A stretch of 64,000 nt of DNA, taken from positions 1 through 64,000 of IMG/VR virus record IMGVR_UViG_3300027833_001604; one strand, written 5' to 3'. The DNA comes from a virus. The notes beneath the pieces are model-generated. The model made no database searches, was not told the origin of the DNA, and saw only the letters and a program-made list of their open reading frames with translations. Positions 1 to 9,272 of the stretch are shown here, piece after piece. Every line of letters begins with the position of its first letter. Within the stretch, counting starts at the first letter, position 1. Both the position numbers and the translations under genes were made by a program.

Positions 1-3
1 TCT

Positions 4-1026
4 ATGACCATTGGTAAAGTAGGTTTTGCGTGTAAGTATTTGTATCACGACCAAACTAAGAAAAAGAAATTGCTAGAAGAAATTCAGCGTCCACTTACAG
101 AAAAATCTACAACTATTCGTTGGCTTAACAATCAAACACGTGAAGTAGCTGAACAACGTTTGTATGACATTATGGTCCACAATACACAAGCAGTTTACAA
201 CCTTGTTGAATTTGTAGGCAACTTACCCGAACATCAGCGTATGGTTAGACTAGGTAGCAATCAACTTCCTGCCGCAACACATCCAGACTGGCGTTACTTT
301 TGGCAACTGCCAGATATACGTAGCTATGCTGCTAAATATTATGGCAGAGCAGGTGAGCTTGCACGTGAACTAGGTGTGCGTGTTAGTATGCATCCAGGAC
401 AGTTTGTAGTGTTAGCAAGCGACACACCAGAAATTGTAGAACGCAGTATAGAGGAGTTCGAGTATCATGCGGATATCATCAGGTGGATGGGCTACGGTAA
501 AGAGTGGCAAGACTTCAAGTGTAACGTCCACATCTCAGGTAGACAAGGTCCAGCCGGTATCAAAGCCGCACTTCAACGATTGTCTCCAGAGGCACGAAAC
601 TGTATTACTATTGAAAACGACGAAAACAAGTGGGGTATCGATTCTAGCTTAGAACTAGAAAAAGATGTTGCACTGGTGCTAGACATACATCACCATTGGT
701 GTCACAGTGCAGGTGAATACATTAGCCCTAACGATGATAGAGTTAAGCGTGTTATTGATAGCTGGCGTGGTGTTAGACCTGCTATGCATTACAGTGTATC
801 ACGTGAAGATATACTTGTAGGCCATAGTGCTACAGAACTACCCGACTTTGGATCTTTGCTTGATCAGGGGTTTAAGAAAGCCAAATTGCGGGCACACAGC
901 GACTTTATGTGGAACACTGCCGTTAACGAGTGGGCAGGTGGATTCCGCAAAGACTTTGATATTATGGTAGAAGCTAAAGCAAAGAACTTGGCTAGTATAC
1001 CTTTTGAAGAAACTACAAATGACTAA
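4..1026 (+). CDS. uvsE: UV DNA damage endonuclease (UvsE/UvdE)
   Basis: GFACK, VRLGS, SMHPGQF, ITIENDE, VLDIHHHW, LRAHSD and IMVEAKAK motifs. Confidence 0.93.
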   Translation: MTIGKVGFACKYLYHDQTKKKKLLEEIQRPLTEKSTTIRWLNNQTREVAEQRLYDIMVHNTQAVYNLVEFVGNLPEHQRMVRLGSNQLPAATHPDWRYFWQLPDIRSYAAKYYGRAGELARELGVRVSMHPGQFVVLASDTPEIVERSIEEFEYHADIIRWMGYGKEWQDFKCNVHISGRQGPAGIKAALQRLSPEARNCITIENDENKWGIDSSLELEKDVALVLDIHHHWCHSAGEYISPNDDRVKRVIDSWRGVRPAMHYSVSREDILVGHSATELPDFGSLLDQGFKKAKLRAHSDFMWNTAVNEWAGGFRKDFDIMVEAKAKNLASIPFEETTND

Positions 1027-1114
1027 ATTAATATTATTAGGTATGGTAGTATTTGCTGCAACCTATTTTATTATTGTATATAAACTAACTGAAAATAAAA
1101 ATAATGACAAATGA
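1019..1114 (+). CDS. small single-TM peptide (31 aa, not in ORF track)
   Basis: Hand translation MTKLILLGMVVFAATYFIIVYKLTENKNNDK; fills the gap and overlaps both neighbours. Confidence 0.55.
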   Translation: MTKLILLGMVVFAATYFIIVYKLTENKNNDK

Positions 1115-1676
1115 CATATGGTTAATAAGCGATACACATTTCAATCAAGCAACTATGTTGGAGTTTACTGATTGGTCAGGTAAACAAACAAGACCAGGAT
1201 TCCGTGATGTAGAACACATGGACGACTTAATGATAGACAACTGGAATAGCGTGGTTAAGCCACATGATACAATATATCATTTAGGTGATTTAGTTGCAGG
1301 ACCAGATCCAGAAAAGTGGATGGTTCATAACTGGCATAGACTAAATGGTAATAAAAGGTTAGTAGTTGGCAATCACGATGATATAGAATTTCTAAGTGTT
1401 GGTGGCTTCTTTGAGAAAATTGAATACTGGAAGGTGTTAATAGAATTTGGTATTATATTATCACATGCACCATTGCATAGAGATGCACTAGTTCGACCTA
1501 AAGCAGAACATGGAGAACGAGCAGTAGATAAAAAGAACATGGACCTTTGGGCAGAAACAACAAACGTGCATGGACATGTGCATAGTAATCCTAGTCCAGA
1601 AGGACCTTATACATGTGTAAGTGTAGAACAAATAAATTATACACCTATACACATTGAAGAAGTGAGAACTACATGA
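1104..1676 (+). CDS. calcineurin-like metallophosphoesterase
   Basis: SDTHF, HLGD, GNHD, SHAP and HGHVH motifs. Confidence 0.9.
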   Translation: MTNDIWLISDTHFNQATMLEFTDWSGKQTRPGFRDVEHMDDLMIDNWNSVVKPHDTIYHLGDLVAGPDPEKWMVHNWHRLNGNKRLVVGNHDDIEFLSVGGFFEKIEYWKVLIEFGIILSHAPLHRDALVRPKAEHGERAVDKKNMDLWAETTNVHGHVHSNPSPEGPYTCVSVEQINYTPIHIEEVRTT

Positions 1677-1915
1677 AACTTCCAACAGTAAAAGAACTCG
1701 CAGAGATTTCAATGGCTGCAGAAGAAGGTGATCCATTTGATTGGGGAACTTTAAATGTAAGTAAGCAAGTAGCATACGAAATGATGGCCAATCATGCATT
1801 ATCATTATACTCAACACAAGGAAACGATAGAGATATTATATTATTATCTGCATTAACAAAAGCAATTGTAGAAAATTTTGTATTAAATCTTAAACTAAAA
1901 CAATATGAAAAATAA
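1673..1915 (+). CDS. hypothetical protein
   Basis: ATGA overlap with upstream gene. Confidence 0.7.
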   Translation: MKLPTVKELAEISMAAEEGDPFDWGTLNVSKQVAYEMMANHALSLYSTQGNDRDIILLSALTKAIVENFVLNLKLKQYEK

Positions 1916-2555
1916 ACAAAGTAGTAAATATTTTCTTAATTGGACCAGTGGAACAGGTGGCGATTTCCTAATAGCAATGTTACATTTGCTATATCCATTC
2001 CCACATACAAGTGGTGTAAAAGTAGATGAACGCAACATGTGGGCTAGCACTAATACAGCTGAAGATAGATTGCGTATGTTTCATTGCGAAGATGTTAATC
2101 TTATTCAACAGTCATTAAATGATATGCTTCCAGGTGAATTGTTTCAATATCATGAATATTACACGAATCCATTAATTATTCCCAAAGACGTATTGTCAAT
2201 TAATCTCACTACAAGTGATATATATGAAGAATGTTTAGTAGCACATTTATATAATATTAAAGCCAGGCCACCAGAAAATGTTTTAAATAACGCTATAGTT
2301 AGACAAAGCACACATATACCTAGTGCGGTTAACATTGATTATAAAACATTATTTGATAAGCCTACTAATGATATTGTATATAATATACTTAATATGTTTG
2401 GAAGATCTGATGCATTTTCACCCGCAGTAGTAGAATGTTTAAAAGCATATCATCAACGTAATTTAGACTTATTAAACGAACAATTAAACGAGCTTGTTCC
2501 ATATAAAAAAGATATTAATACATTCCAAGAACTATGTGATCACTTTGAAATATAA
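1905..2555 (+). CDS. hypothetical protein, possibly sulfotransferase/P-loop-like fold
   Basis: N-terminal beta-strand plus SGTGGDFL loop. Confidence 0.5.
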   Translation: MKNKQSSKYFLNWTSGTGGDFLIAMLHLLYPFPHTSGVKVDERNMWASTNTAEDRLRMFHCEDVNLIQQSLNDMLPGELFQYHEYYTNPLIIPKDVLSINLTTSDIYEECLVAHLYNIKARPPENVLNNAIVRQSTHIPSAVNIDYKTLFDKPTNDIVYNILNMFGRSDAFSPAVVECLKAYHQRNLDLLNEQLNELVPYKKDINTFQELCDHFEI

Positions 2556-2573
2556 CTCTTTTGTTCGGTAGGC

Positions 2574-2580
2574 ATAAATA
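2574..2580 (+). promoter_or_regulatory. T4-like late promoter (ATAAATA)
   Basis: Intergenic ATAAATACT heading the putative virion-cargo cluster; motif recurs before other genes. Confidence 0.7.
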
Positions 2581-2608
2581 CTACTAATAAGAAATATGGA
2601 GTTATACA

Positions 2609-3490
2609 ATGCGATTACACAATTTATTTGAATCAGACACACCAGAATCATTAACTGAAGATTATCTTGATATTGAGATTACTGAAGACTTTGCTATTGA
2701 AAGCAGAGTATTGGAATTCACAGAAGATGGTGGAGCAATTATTGAGCTTGATGAACAAGCACAAGAATTAGTCGATTTAGACGAAGAAACCCTTAATGAA
2801 TTTATACCATTAGCAATTGGTGCCGCTGCATTAGGCATGACAGCCTATGATGCTTATAGAAATTACAAGCAATATAAAGCAGGCGAAATTACAAAGGGTG
2901 ATCTAGCAAAGCGTGTAGGCATGGATGCTGCTATTGGAATTACAACAGGCGGTATTGGTAAACTTGCAAGCAAGGCATACAAAGGTGCTAAAGCCGGTAT
3001 TAAATCATTTAAGACAAACAGAGCGGCAGCTAAAATTGATACACCAACTACTCCAGTTGCAAAAACTACTCCGCCACCAGTTGCTAAAACTACAAAACCA
3101 AAAGGTAAAGGCAAAGGTAAAATTGCAAGAAAATTAGATAACCTTGTTCCAAATAGTTATGGTAGTAGATCATCATATGATAACCCATTACAAAGAGCGG
3201 TAAAGAACTTCTCATTTGAAGATGTAAACGAAGCAGAATACCAAGGACGTAAAGTTAAACTAAACAAACCTATGCAAGGTGATGTTAAAAAGTCAAAAGT
3301 ATATGTAAAGAACCCAAAAGGCAACGTAGTTAAAGTAAACTTTGGTCACGGCGGAAGCAGTGCTAAAGGTAAAACTATGAGTATTAAAAAGAATAACCCA
3401 GCACGTAGAAAATCATTTCGTGCTAGACATAACTGTAGTAATCCAGGACCAAAGCATAAAGCACGTTATTGGTCATGTAAAGCGTGGTAA
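2609..3490 (+). CDS. putative head-associated modular protein with basic C-terminal domain
   Basis: MRLHNLFE leader; Gly/Ala-rich hydrophobic segment; C-terminal EAEYQGRKVKL...ARRKSFRARHNC...YWSC module typical of large phages. Confidence 0.65.
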   Translation: MRLHNLFESDTPESLTEDYLDIEITEDFAIESRVLEFTEDGGAIIELDEQAQELVDLDEETLNEFIPLAIGAAALGMTAYDAYRNYKQYKAGEITKGDLAKRVGMDAAIGITTGGIGKLASKAYKGAKAGIKSFKTNRAAAKIDTPTTPVAKTTPPPVAKTTKPKGKGKGKIARKLDNLVPNSYGSRSSYDNPLQRAVKNFSFEDVNEAEYQGRKVKLNKPMQGDVKKSKVYVKNPKGNVVKVNFGHGGSSAKGKTMSIKKNNPARRKSFRARHNCSNPGPKHKARYWSCKAW

Positions 3491-3494
3491 TCCT

Positions 3495-3803
3495 ATGTTC
3501 ATTAGGGAGATTACCGAAAACAAAGCAATAGAAATGAAAATTAGCGATTTGACTATCAGTGATGCTGGTATGGCAATCGCACAATCAGTAGGTGGCGGAA
3601 GTAGAACAGATGCTCCGTTGGCAGTTACAAAACTTCCATCAGGTCATGTATATCTTGTAAATGGGTATCATAGATTGGTAGATGCTATGCAGGCTGGTAA
3701 AGATACTGTATCAGTAAAATATGTTCCATATGAAAAAGTAGAAATACTTTGGAAACAAGAACGTGAACAAGATATCAAATACGGTAAACAGTTTAATGAA
3801 TAA
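3495..3803 (+). CDS. ParB/Srx-like N-terminal domain protein
   Basis: YLVNGYHRL motif; start moved to MFIREITE. Confidence 0.6.
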   Translation: MFIREITENKAIEMKISDLTISDAGMAIAQSVGGGSRTDAPLAVTKLPSGHVYLVNGYHRLVDAMQAGKDTVSVKYVPYEKVEILWKQEREQDIKYGKQFNE

Positions 3804-4467
3804 GCTATTTGCATTTGGATGTAGTATGACGTCAGGCGCTGCGTTAGATGACGTATGGGATTTTGAAAATAATGTCCCGATTAATAAGCCAAGTAAGTTT
3901 GCATGGCCGCAACTGTTAGCAGATCAAATGAATTTAGAATGTGTTAACTTAGCAGTAAGTGGTTCTAGTAATAAAGAAATAAGCCATACAATAATTAATA
4001 CACCTAACATTACGTCAAATGATGTAGTGATTGTGCAATGGACAAATATAAATAGATGGTGCGTAATACAAGACGATTTATCTGTTAGGCAAATTGTTCC
4101 TAAAGACACAGGTGTAACAAAATTATACTACAGTAATTTGCATACAACCAGTGATTCATTATTTGATATAGAAATGAGACGCTCGTGGGCAGATTTATAT
4201 TTTAAAAATTTAGGTGTTACTATATATCATATACGCAGCAGAAGTGAACTTACAGATATAATGACGTTAAAAGACAGAGTAAATAGAACAATTGCAGAAT
4301 CTTCTATATTACATTTACAATCTAACGTTGAAGACATACAACAATCTTTAAAAACATCTGCCAATGATGCAGGTATAATGTTTAAAAAAGGCCATCCATG
4401 TAAAAACGCACATCGATTACATTCTTCTCAACTATTTGAACAAATAAAAGATATGGAGGTAGCATGA
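3796..4467 (+). CDS. SGNH/GDSL-like hydrolase/acyltransferase
   Basis: AFGCSMTSG, NLAVSGSSN, C-terminal GHP..AH. Confidence 0.65.
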   Translation: MNKLFAFGCSMTSGAALDDVWDFENNVPINKPSKFAWPQLLADQMNLECVNLAVSGSSNKEISHTIINTPNITSNDVVIVQWTNINRWCVIQDDLSVRQIVPKDTGVTKLYYSNLHTTSDSLFDIEMRRSWADLYFKNLGVTIYHIRSRSELTDIMTLKDRVNRTIAESSILHLQSNVEDIQQSLKTSANDAGIMFKKGHPCKNAHRLHSSQLFEQIKDMEVA

Positions 4468-4715
4468 ACGTAAGTAAAGAAAACATTTGGCATTTCACTT
4501 GTGATCACTGCATGGGTTTTTGGAGTGTAGCAACCATGGATAACTGGAAGCCTACAAATTTATATTGCACTCATTGTGGTAAACAAAATAAAAATGACAT
4601 GTGTTCATGCGGGCACAAAATTGTAAATTGTGATTGTGCGCCTGGATGCAAGTGTGAATGTAACAAGCGTTACTTAGATTCCGAAACAAGTTTTGATATG
4701 GAGAAATACACATGA
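4464..4715 (+). CDS. Cys-rich zinc-finger/metallothionein-like protein
   Basis: CDHC, CTHC, CSCGH and CDCAPGCKCEC. Confidence 0.6.
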   Translation: MNVSKENIWHFTCDHCMGFWSVATMDNWKPTNLYCTHCGKQNKNDMCSCGHKIVNCDCAPGCKCECNKRYLDSETSFDMEKYT

Positions 4716-4939
4716 CACAAGACGATATTTATAGATTACAATATCTTGCAGGTATCATAGACAAGCAAGGTGATACTATAAAACCAACTGATGAATCTAA
4801 TATAAGTATTGTTGGAAGTGCCAAAGGTGAATACATGCGTAAGCATAATGTTAAGCCAGGCACTGATGAATGGTTTAAATTATGGTTCAGTAGACCAAAG
4901 TTAACTGGCGAAGACCCTACACCAAAGCAAGGCGGATGA
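4712..4939 (+). CDS. hypothetical phage protein (LxxLAGI motif)
   Basis: RLQYLAGI and PGTDEWFKLWF; ATGA overlap. Confidence 0.65.
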   Translation: MTQDDIYRLQYLAGIIDKQGDTIKPTDESNISIVGSAKGEYMRKHNVKPGTDEWFKLWFSRPKLTGEDPTPKQGG

Positions 4940-4940
4940 C

Positions 4941-6089
4941 ATGTTAATCAACGAAGTTATAACTCTAAAGGAAGAAGCATTAGATATTAACTCTATTGTA
5001 ACACCTGCAATCAAATACTTGGATAAAGTATTTAAAGATAATAACTTTGAAATCCGCATAGTTGGCGGAGCAGTGCGTGACATTGCACTAAACAAATCAC
5101 CCAAAGATATTGACTTCGCCTCAGATGCAACACCAGATGAAATGATTGCTATGTTTGATAAAGAAGCAATCAAATACATTCCTACAGGTTTACAGCACGG
5201 AACAATTACCGCAGTTGTAAACGGAGAAGATTTTGAAATCACAACACTAAGAGCAGACAAAGAAACAGATGGTAGACATGCCGAAGTTGAGTTTGTTAAG
5301 AGTTGGGAAGAGGATGCTAAACGCAGAGACTTAACATACAATGCTATGAGCATGGATATCGATGGCGAGCTATACGATTACCACGATGGCATGGACGATC
5401 TACAAAACAAAGTAAGTAAATTTGTAGGTGATCCAGAACAAAGAATTACAGAAGATTATTTACGTATACTACGTTACTTCCGTTTCCAAGGCAGGTTAGC
5501 AGAGCCTACTTGGGATAAAGATACATTACAAGCAATTAAAAAACATGCTAAAGGACTATCTGGCGTAAGCGCCGAGAGAATATGGGCAGAAATGGGCAAA
5601 GCACTTTCAGGACAAAATGTTGCAAGTTTAGTATCTACAATGCACAAAACAGGTGTAGCACAAGTAATAGGATTAAACGTAAGCAATTTAAGTGTAATAA
5701 AAGATGGTGGCAATCCAATTATAGCATTGGCACAATTAGACAACAGTATAGATATTGCAAAGCGTTGGAAAATGAAAAACACAGAAGCAGAGTTATTGGG
5801 CTTTTTAGTTAAGCACAAAAACGATCCACTTGATCAAAAGAAAGTGGAAGATATGATTGCTGATGGTGTTAAGCGTGAGCTTATTACAGCACTAGCATCA
5901 ATGCAAAACAAAAACGTAAACATAGATGCAAAAGTTCCAGACTTTCCAGTTAGTGGCGCAGACTTAATTGCAACAGGCATGAAGCCAGGACCAGACTTAG
6001 GTAAGAAACTTGCACAACTAAAGCAACAATGGAAAGCTGGTAATTTTAAAGCCAGTAAGGAAGATTTGCTAAATACTAGCAAGGAGTAA
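4941..6089 (+). CDS. cca: class II tRNA nucleotidyltransferase (CCA-adding enzyme)
   Basis: VGGAVRD, DIDFA, FEITTLR, DAKRRDLTYNAM, EDYLRILRYFRF, SAERIWAE and C-terminal PVSGADL..GMKPGP motifs. Confidence 0.92.
   Translation: MLINEVITLKEEALDINSIVTPAIKYLDKVFKDNNFEIRIVGGAVRDIALNKSPKDIDFASDATPDEMIAMFDKEAIKYIPTGLQHGTITAVVNGEDFEITTLRADKETDGRHAEVEFVKSWEEDAKRRDLTYNAMSMDIDGELYDYHDGMDDLQNKVSKFVGDPEQRITEDYLRILRYFRFQGRLAEPTWDKDTLQAIKKHAKGLSGVSAERIWAEMGKALSGQNVASLVSTMHKTGVAQVIGLNVSNLSVIKDGGNPIIALAQLDNSIDIAKRWKMKNTEAELLGFLVKHKNDPLDQKKVEDMIADGVKRELITALASMQNKNVNIDAKVPDFPVSGADLIATGMKPGPDLGKKLAQLKQQWKAGNFKASKEDLLNTSKE
6069..6075 (+). promoter_or_regulatory. late promoter (CTAAATA)
   Basis: TAAATACT upstream of the AAGGAG RBS of the gene at 6094. 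Confidence 0.55.
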
Positions 6090-6093
6090 CACA

Positions 6094-7938
6094 ATGAGAA
6101 TTACAGAAGTAGACAACCCAGTAACACAGGCTGATATCGATCAGTTAGAAGTGTTCGCTGACCGTTTGTTTGCTAAAGTAGGCATTGATGTAGAATTTAC
6201 TCGACACTTTTTAGACAGAGTTAATGACGAACGTAATATAAAACAAATTACAATGTCAGAACTTACACGACTATTTAAACAAGAATACAAACGTTGGGGC
6301 AAGCCAATTGCACAACTAGGCCCAGATGCTGAAGCAGTAATGAAAGATATGGCAACAAATATTAACTTGCCATTTGCACTACGTTGGGATCATAAGAATA
6401 ATGAATTAGATCTTATTGCTAAAACAGTAATGCGTAAAGCAAACTTCACAACATCCAATCAAGAGTTTGCAGTAGAAGATGGATACAAGTCTATGTTTAG
6501 ACCAAGTGCATATGAGTTAGCTGCAGAAAGATTACACAGCGTATTACAACGTAAAGAAAAAGAAAACGGCGGTGTATTTAGACATGCGTTAGGTTGGTAT
6601 GCATCAAAGATTGCTGGTGGGTTTAAAAACATTGATACCAGAGAACTAATATCATTCTATCAAAAGAATTTTGATACAGTATTAAGTGAAAGTGATTTAC
6701 CTTATATTACAGAAGAAGCCGCATTTAAACTTGATTACGATCAATTAAGAATAAAAATACCTGCTAACGATAATTCTAAACCAATCAAAGGCGAAGTTAT
6801 TGATCTAAATGCTCGTAGAGCAGCAGCCAAAGAAGCACTCGGCAAAATGTCTGATGCAGAGAAAAAAGCCGCAAATGAATTTATTAAAAAGAACAAAACT
6901 CTACTACAAAGACTATCAGCAGTTGGAGCCAGATCAGCAGCAAGACATGGAATAGCAACAGTATCAAGTGCGGTAACAGGACCTGCAGCACCAGTTGTAG
7001 CAACAGTATTAAACGTTACATTGCTAGGGTGGGATTTAGTTGACGCAGGCATAGAAGTATGGAAGTGGGCAAGATCAAGCAATAGTAAAGACATTGGACA
7101 AGGTAATGCAAATAGAGAGTTTGGCAATGATTTTGCTTTAGAAATTCCAACATATCCTACAACGTGGCCAATGGATAGAACAGGCACAGTATTAAAAAGA
7201 AAACAATCAGAATGGATGAAAGAATTTGGTAATACACATTTACGTAATGGCAAACTTAATCCATCTGCAGGTTATCAAGATGCAATAATGAAAATTGCAC
7301 AAGCAAATGTTGATGCAAAAAATAAAGCAAGTGATAACGAGCTTATTAAAAAAGAACCAGAAAAAGAATTAGAAAAGGCTCCTGTTATTAACTTTACAGA
7401 AATTCCACCGTTGGAAGTACCAGAATTCAAACCAGGCGAAATTGAAATACCTAGGCCTGCAAAAGACCGAGAAATAGATATTGAAATTCCAAAGTTCCCT
7501 AATGCACCAAGCAAAGATAAACCATTTAAACAACCAGAGGCTCCAACAGGGCCTAAGATAGATCCAAACTACACCCCAAAACAACCAAAGAATCCAAACT
7601 ACGAACCGGATAATCCAGAGGTGCCGAACAGCACTCCATCTGATCAGCCAGATAAAATTCCACAGCCGCTTAACGCACCTCATAAGGATATACCATTCAT
7701 TCCAAATACAAATGTAACTGATCCAGAAATAGCATTTAAGAATGATCCAGCAGTAGTAGTTGTTCCTCCACCAGCTGCAGGCGGAAACGGGAAGAATCCA
7801 CCAGCCAATAAGAACAATAACAAACAAAAGAAACGCAAACAGAAAAAAGATTGGGGTTCTGGAGGCAGTAGTGAATATGATGATCCATTACAACGTTGGC
7901 AAAAGAAATATGGAACATGGGAGCCCACTGACAGATGA
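6094..7938 (+). CDS. putative head/ejection modular protein with Pro-rich C-terminus
   Basis: MRITEV leader, FTRHFLDRVND domain, hydrophobic Gly/Ala segment, Pro-rich tail. Confidence 0.6.
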   Translation: MRITEVDNPVTQADIDQLEVFADRLFAKVGIDVEFTRHFLDRVNDERNIKQITMSELTRLFKQEYKRWGKPIAQLGPDAEAVMKDMATNINLPFALRWDHKNNELDLIAKTVMRKANFTTSNQEFAVEDGYKSMFRPSAYELAAERLHSVLQRKEKENGGVFRHALGWYASKIAGGFKNIDTRELISFYQKNFDTVLSESDLPYITEEAAFKLDYDQLRIKIPANDNSKPIKGEVIDLNARRAAAKEALGKMSDAEKKAANEFIKKNKTLLQRLSAVGARSAARHGIATVSSAVTGPAAPVVATVLNVTLLGWDLVDAGIEVWKWARSSNSKDIGQGNANREFGNDFALEIPTYPTTWPMDRTGTVLKRKQSEWMKEFGNTHLRNGKLNPSAGYQDAIMKIAQANVDAKNKASDNELIKKEPEKELEKAPVINFTEIPPLEVPEFKPGEIEIPRPAKDREIDIEIPKFPNAPSKDKPFKQPEAPTGPKIDPNYTPKQPKNPNYEPDNPEVPNSTPSDQPDKIPQPLNAPHKDIPFIPNTNVTDPEIAFKNDPAVVVVPPPAAGGNGKNPPANKNNNKQKKRKQKKDWGSGGSSEYDDPLQRWQKKYGTWEPTDR

Positions 7939-8126
7939 AGATAAAAGACATACTAAAGTTACCTAGTATTGAAATTGGAGACGAGATACTAGTTGGCAAA
8001 TTTAAAAATCGTAAAGCTACAGTAACTGGCTTTGCAACAGACGAGAATAACCAGCCTGTTTTAAAAACAACTAAAGGCGATCAAAAACTATTCAAACCAA
8101 GAATAGTTAAATTAATGGACAAGTAA
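7935..8126 (+). CDS. small beta-rich hypothetical protein
   Basis: MKIKDIL leader; ATGA overlap. Confidence 0.65.
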   Translation: MKIKDILKLPSIEIGDEILVGKFKNRKATVTGFATDENNQPVLKTTKGDQKLFKPRIVKLMDK

Positions 8127-8127
8127 G

Positions 8128-9252
8128 ATGAAAATAAATGAAATTAGCTGTTGGGACGGTTACAAAAAACAAGGCACTAAAAAAGGCACTGGTAAAAACA
8201 AAGGCAAGCGTGTAAACAATTGCGTTAAAGAAGCCATAACAAGACCAGGCGATGATACAGATCCATCATTGTGGCAAAGAATTAAAAATTTATACAAAAT
8301 GAATCCATTAGGTACTGATGATAACAAATCTAGACGAAATAAATTAGATGATATTGAATCACGCAGAGCTGACAAAATTCAAAAACGTAATAAACAAGAT
8401 ACAGTTATTAGACAAAAGAATAAAATTAAAGGCGCAGAAGTTGATCAATTATTACGTAATAGGCGCAGAGAAAAAGATGCAGTTGAAGACATGATCGCTG
8501 ATGCAATTGCACAAGACAAATTTGGAAAAGATCATCATGAACTTGATGATCTAGATCGTAAAAATGTTATTAGAACTTCTAGACATCTAGCAAACGATAT
8601 AGAAGCATACCCTGATTTACTTGATGATCCAGATTATCAAGATGATTTTAAGAAAATATATCCACAAGGGTTAGTCCCACAACTTGGAAAAAAATTAGAT
8701 GGAACAGATGCAGATCCAGATTATAGTTGGATGAATCCCTCAAAACCTAAACAAGAATTCAAGCATCCAGCATTTATGACAGTGTATCAATATAACCAAG
8801 ATGGATATGATGATAACCAACAAACAAGACAAATACAAGATAAAAATTATACTCGATCAAAAGTAGCAAAAGATAATAACATAAACTTTGAACCACGACA
8901 AGACATTTACAATCTTGCCACATCACAAGCAAATAAAGAAATAGATGCAAGAATTGCCACTGGAAAAGCTAATATTAAAAATATAGAAATAAAAAGAAAA
9001 CTTAATAAAGCAACAACTACTCCTGCTCCTACTGATAACAGTCAGAAGAAATTTGCAAGAGAAATACAAAACGAAGACGGTGTTATAGTTCCAGGTGTTA
9101 ACACTACAGTAGATGTTAAACCAGGCGAAACTGAACGCCAAGCTGCAAAGTTTGGTAATGGTAAAATTAAGCCACTAATGCCTAAACGAGGCAAGTCACA
9201 AACAATGAATACACTGTATAATCTAGGCTTAGCCGAAAAAGCTTCTAAGTAA
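8128..9252 (+). CDS. putative head-associated modular protein
   Basis: MKINEI leader; CWDGYKKQG...VNNCV module; GVIVPGVNTTVDV module. Confidence 0.6.
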   Translation: MKINEISCWDGYKKQGTKKGTGKNKGKRVNNCVKEAITRPGDDTDPSLWQRIKNLYKMNPLGTDDNKSRRNKLDDIESRRADKIQKRNKQDTVIRQKNKIKGAEVDQLLRNRRREKDAVEDMIADAIAQDKFGKDHHELDDLDRKNVIRTSRHLANDIEAYPDLLDDPDYQDDFKKIYPQGLVPQLGKKLDGTDADPDYSWMNPSKPKQEFKHPAFMTVYQYNQDGYDDNQQTRQIQDKNYTRSKVAKDNNINFEPRQDIYNLATSQANKEIDARIATGKANIKNIEIKRKLNKATTTPAPTDNSQKKFAREIQNEDGVIVPGVNTTVDVKPGETERQAAKFGNGKIKPLMPKRGKSQTMNTLYNLGLAEKASK

Positions 9253-9272
9253 CCACAAAGGATATAGACGTA

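Noticed and set aside
3040-3100. TTPVAKT/TPPPVAKT short repeat
   Set aside because: A simple linker duplication with no evidence of a separate function.
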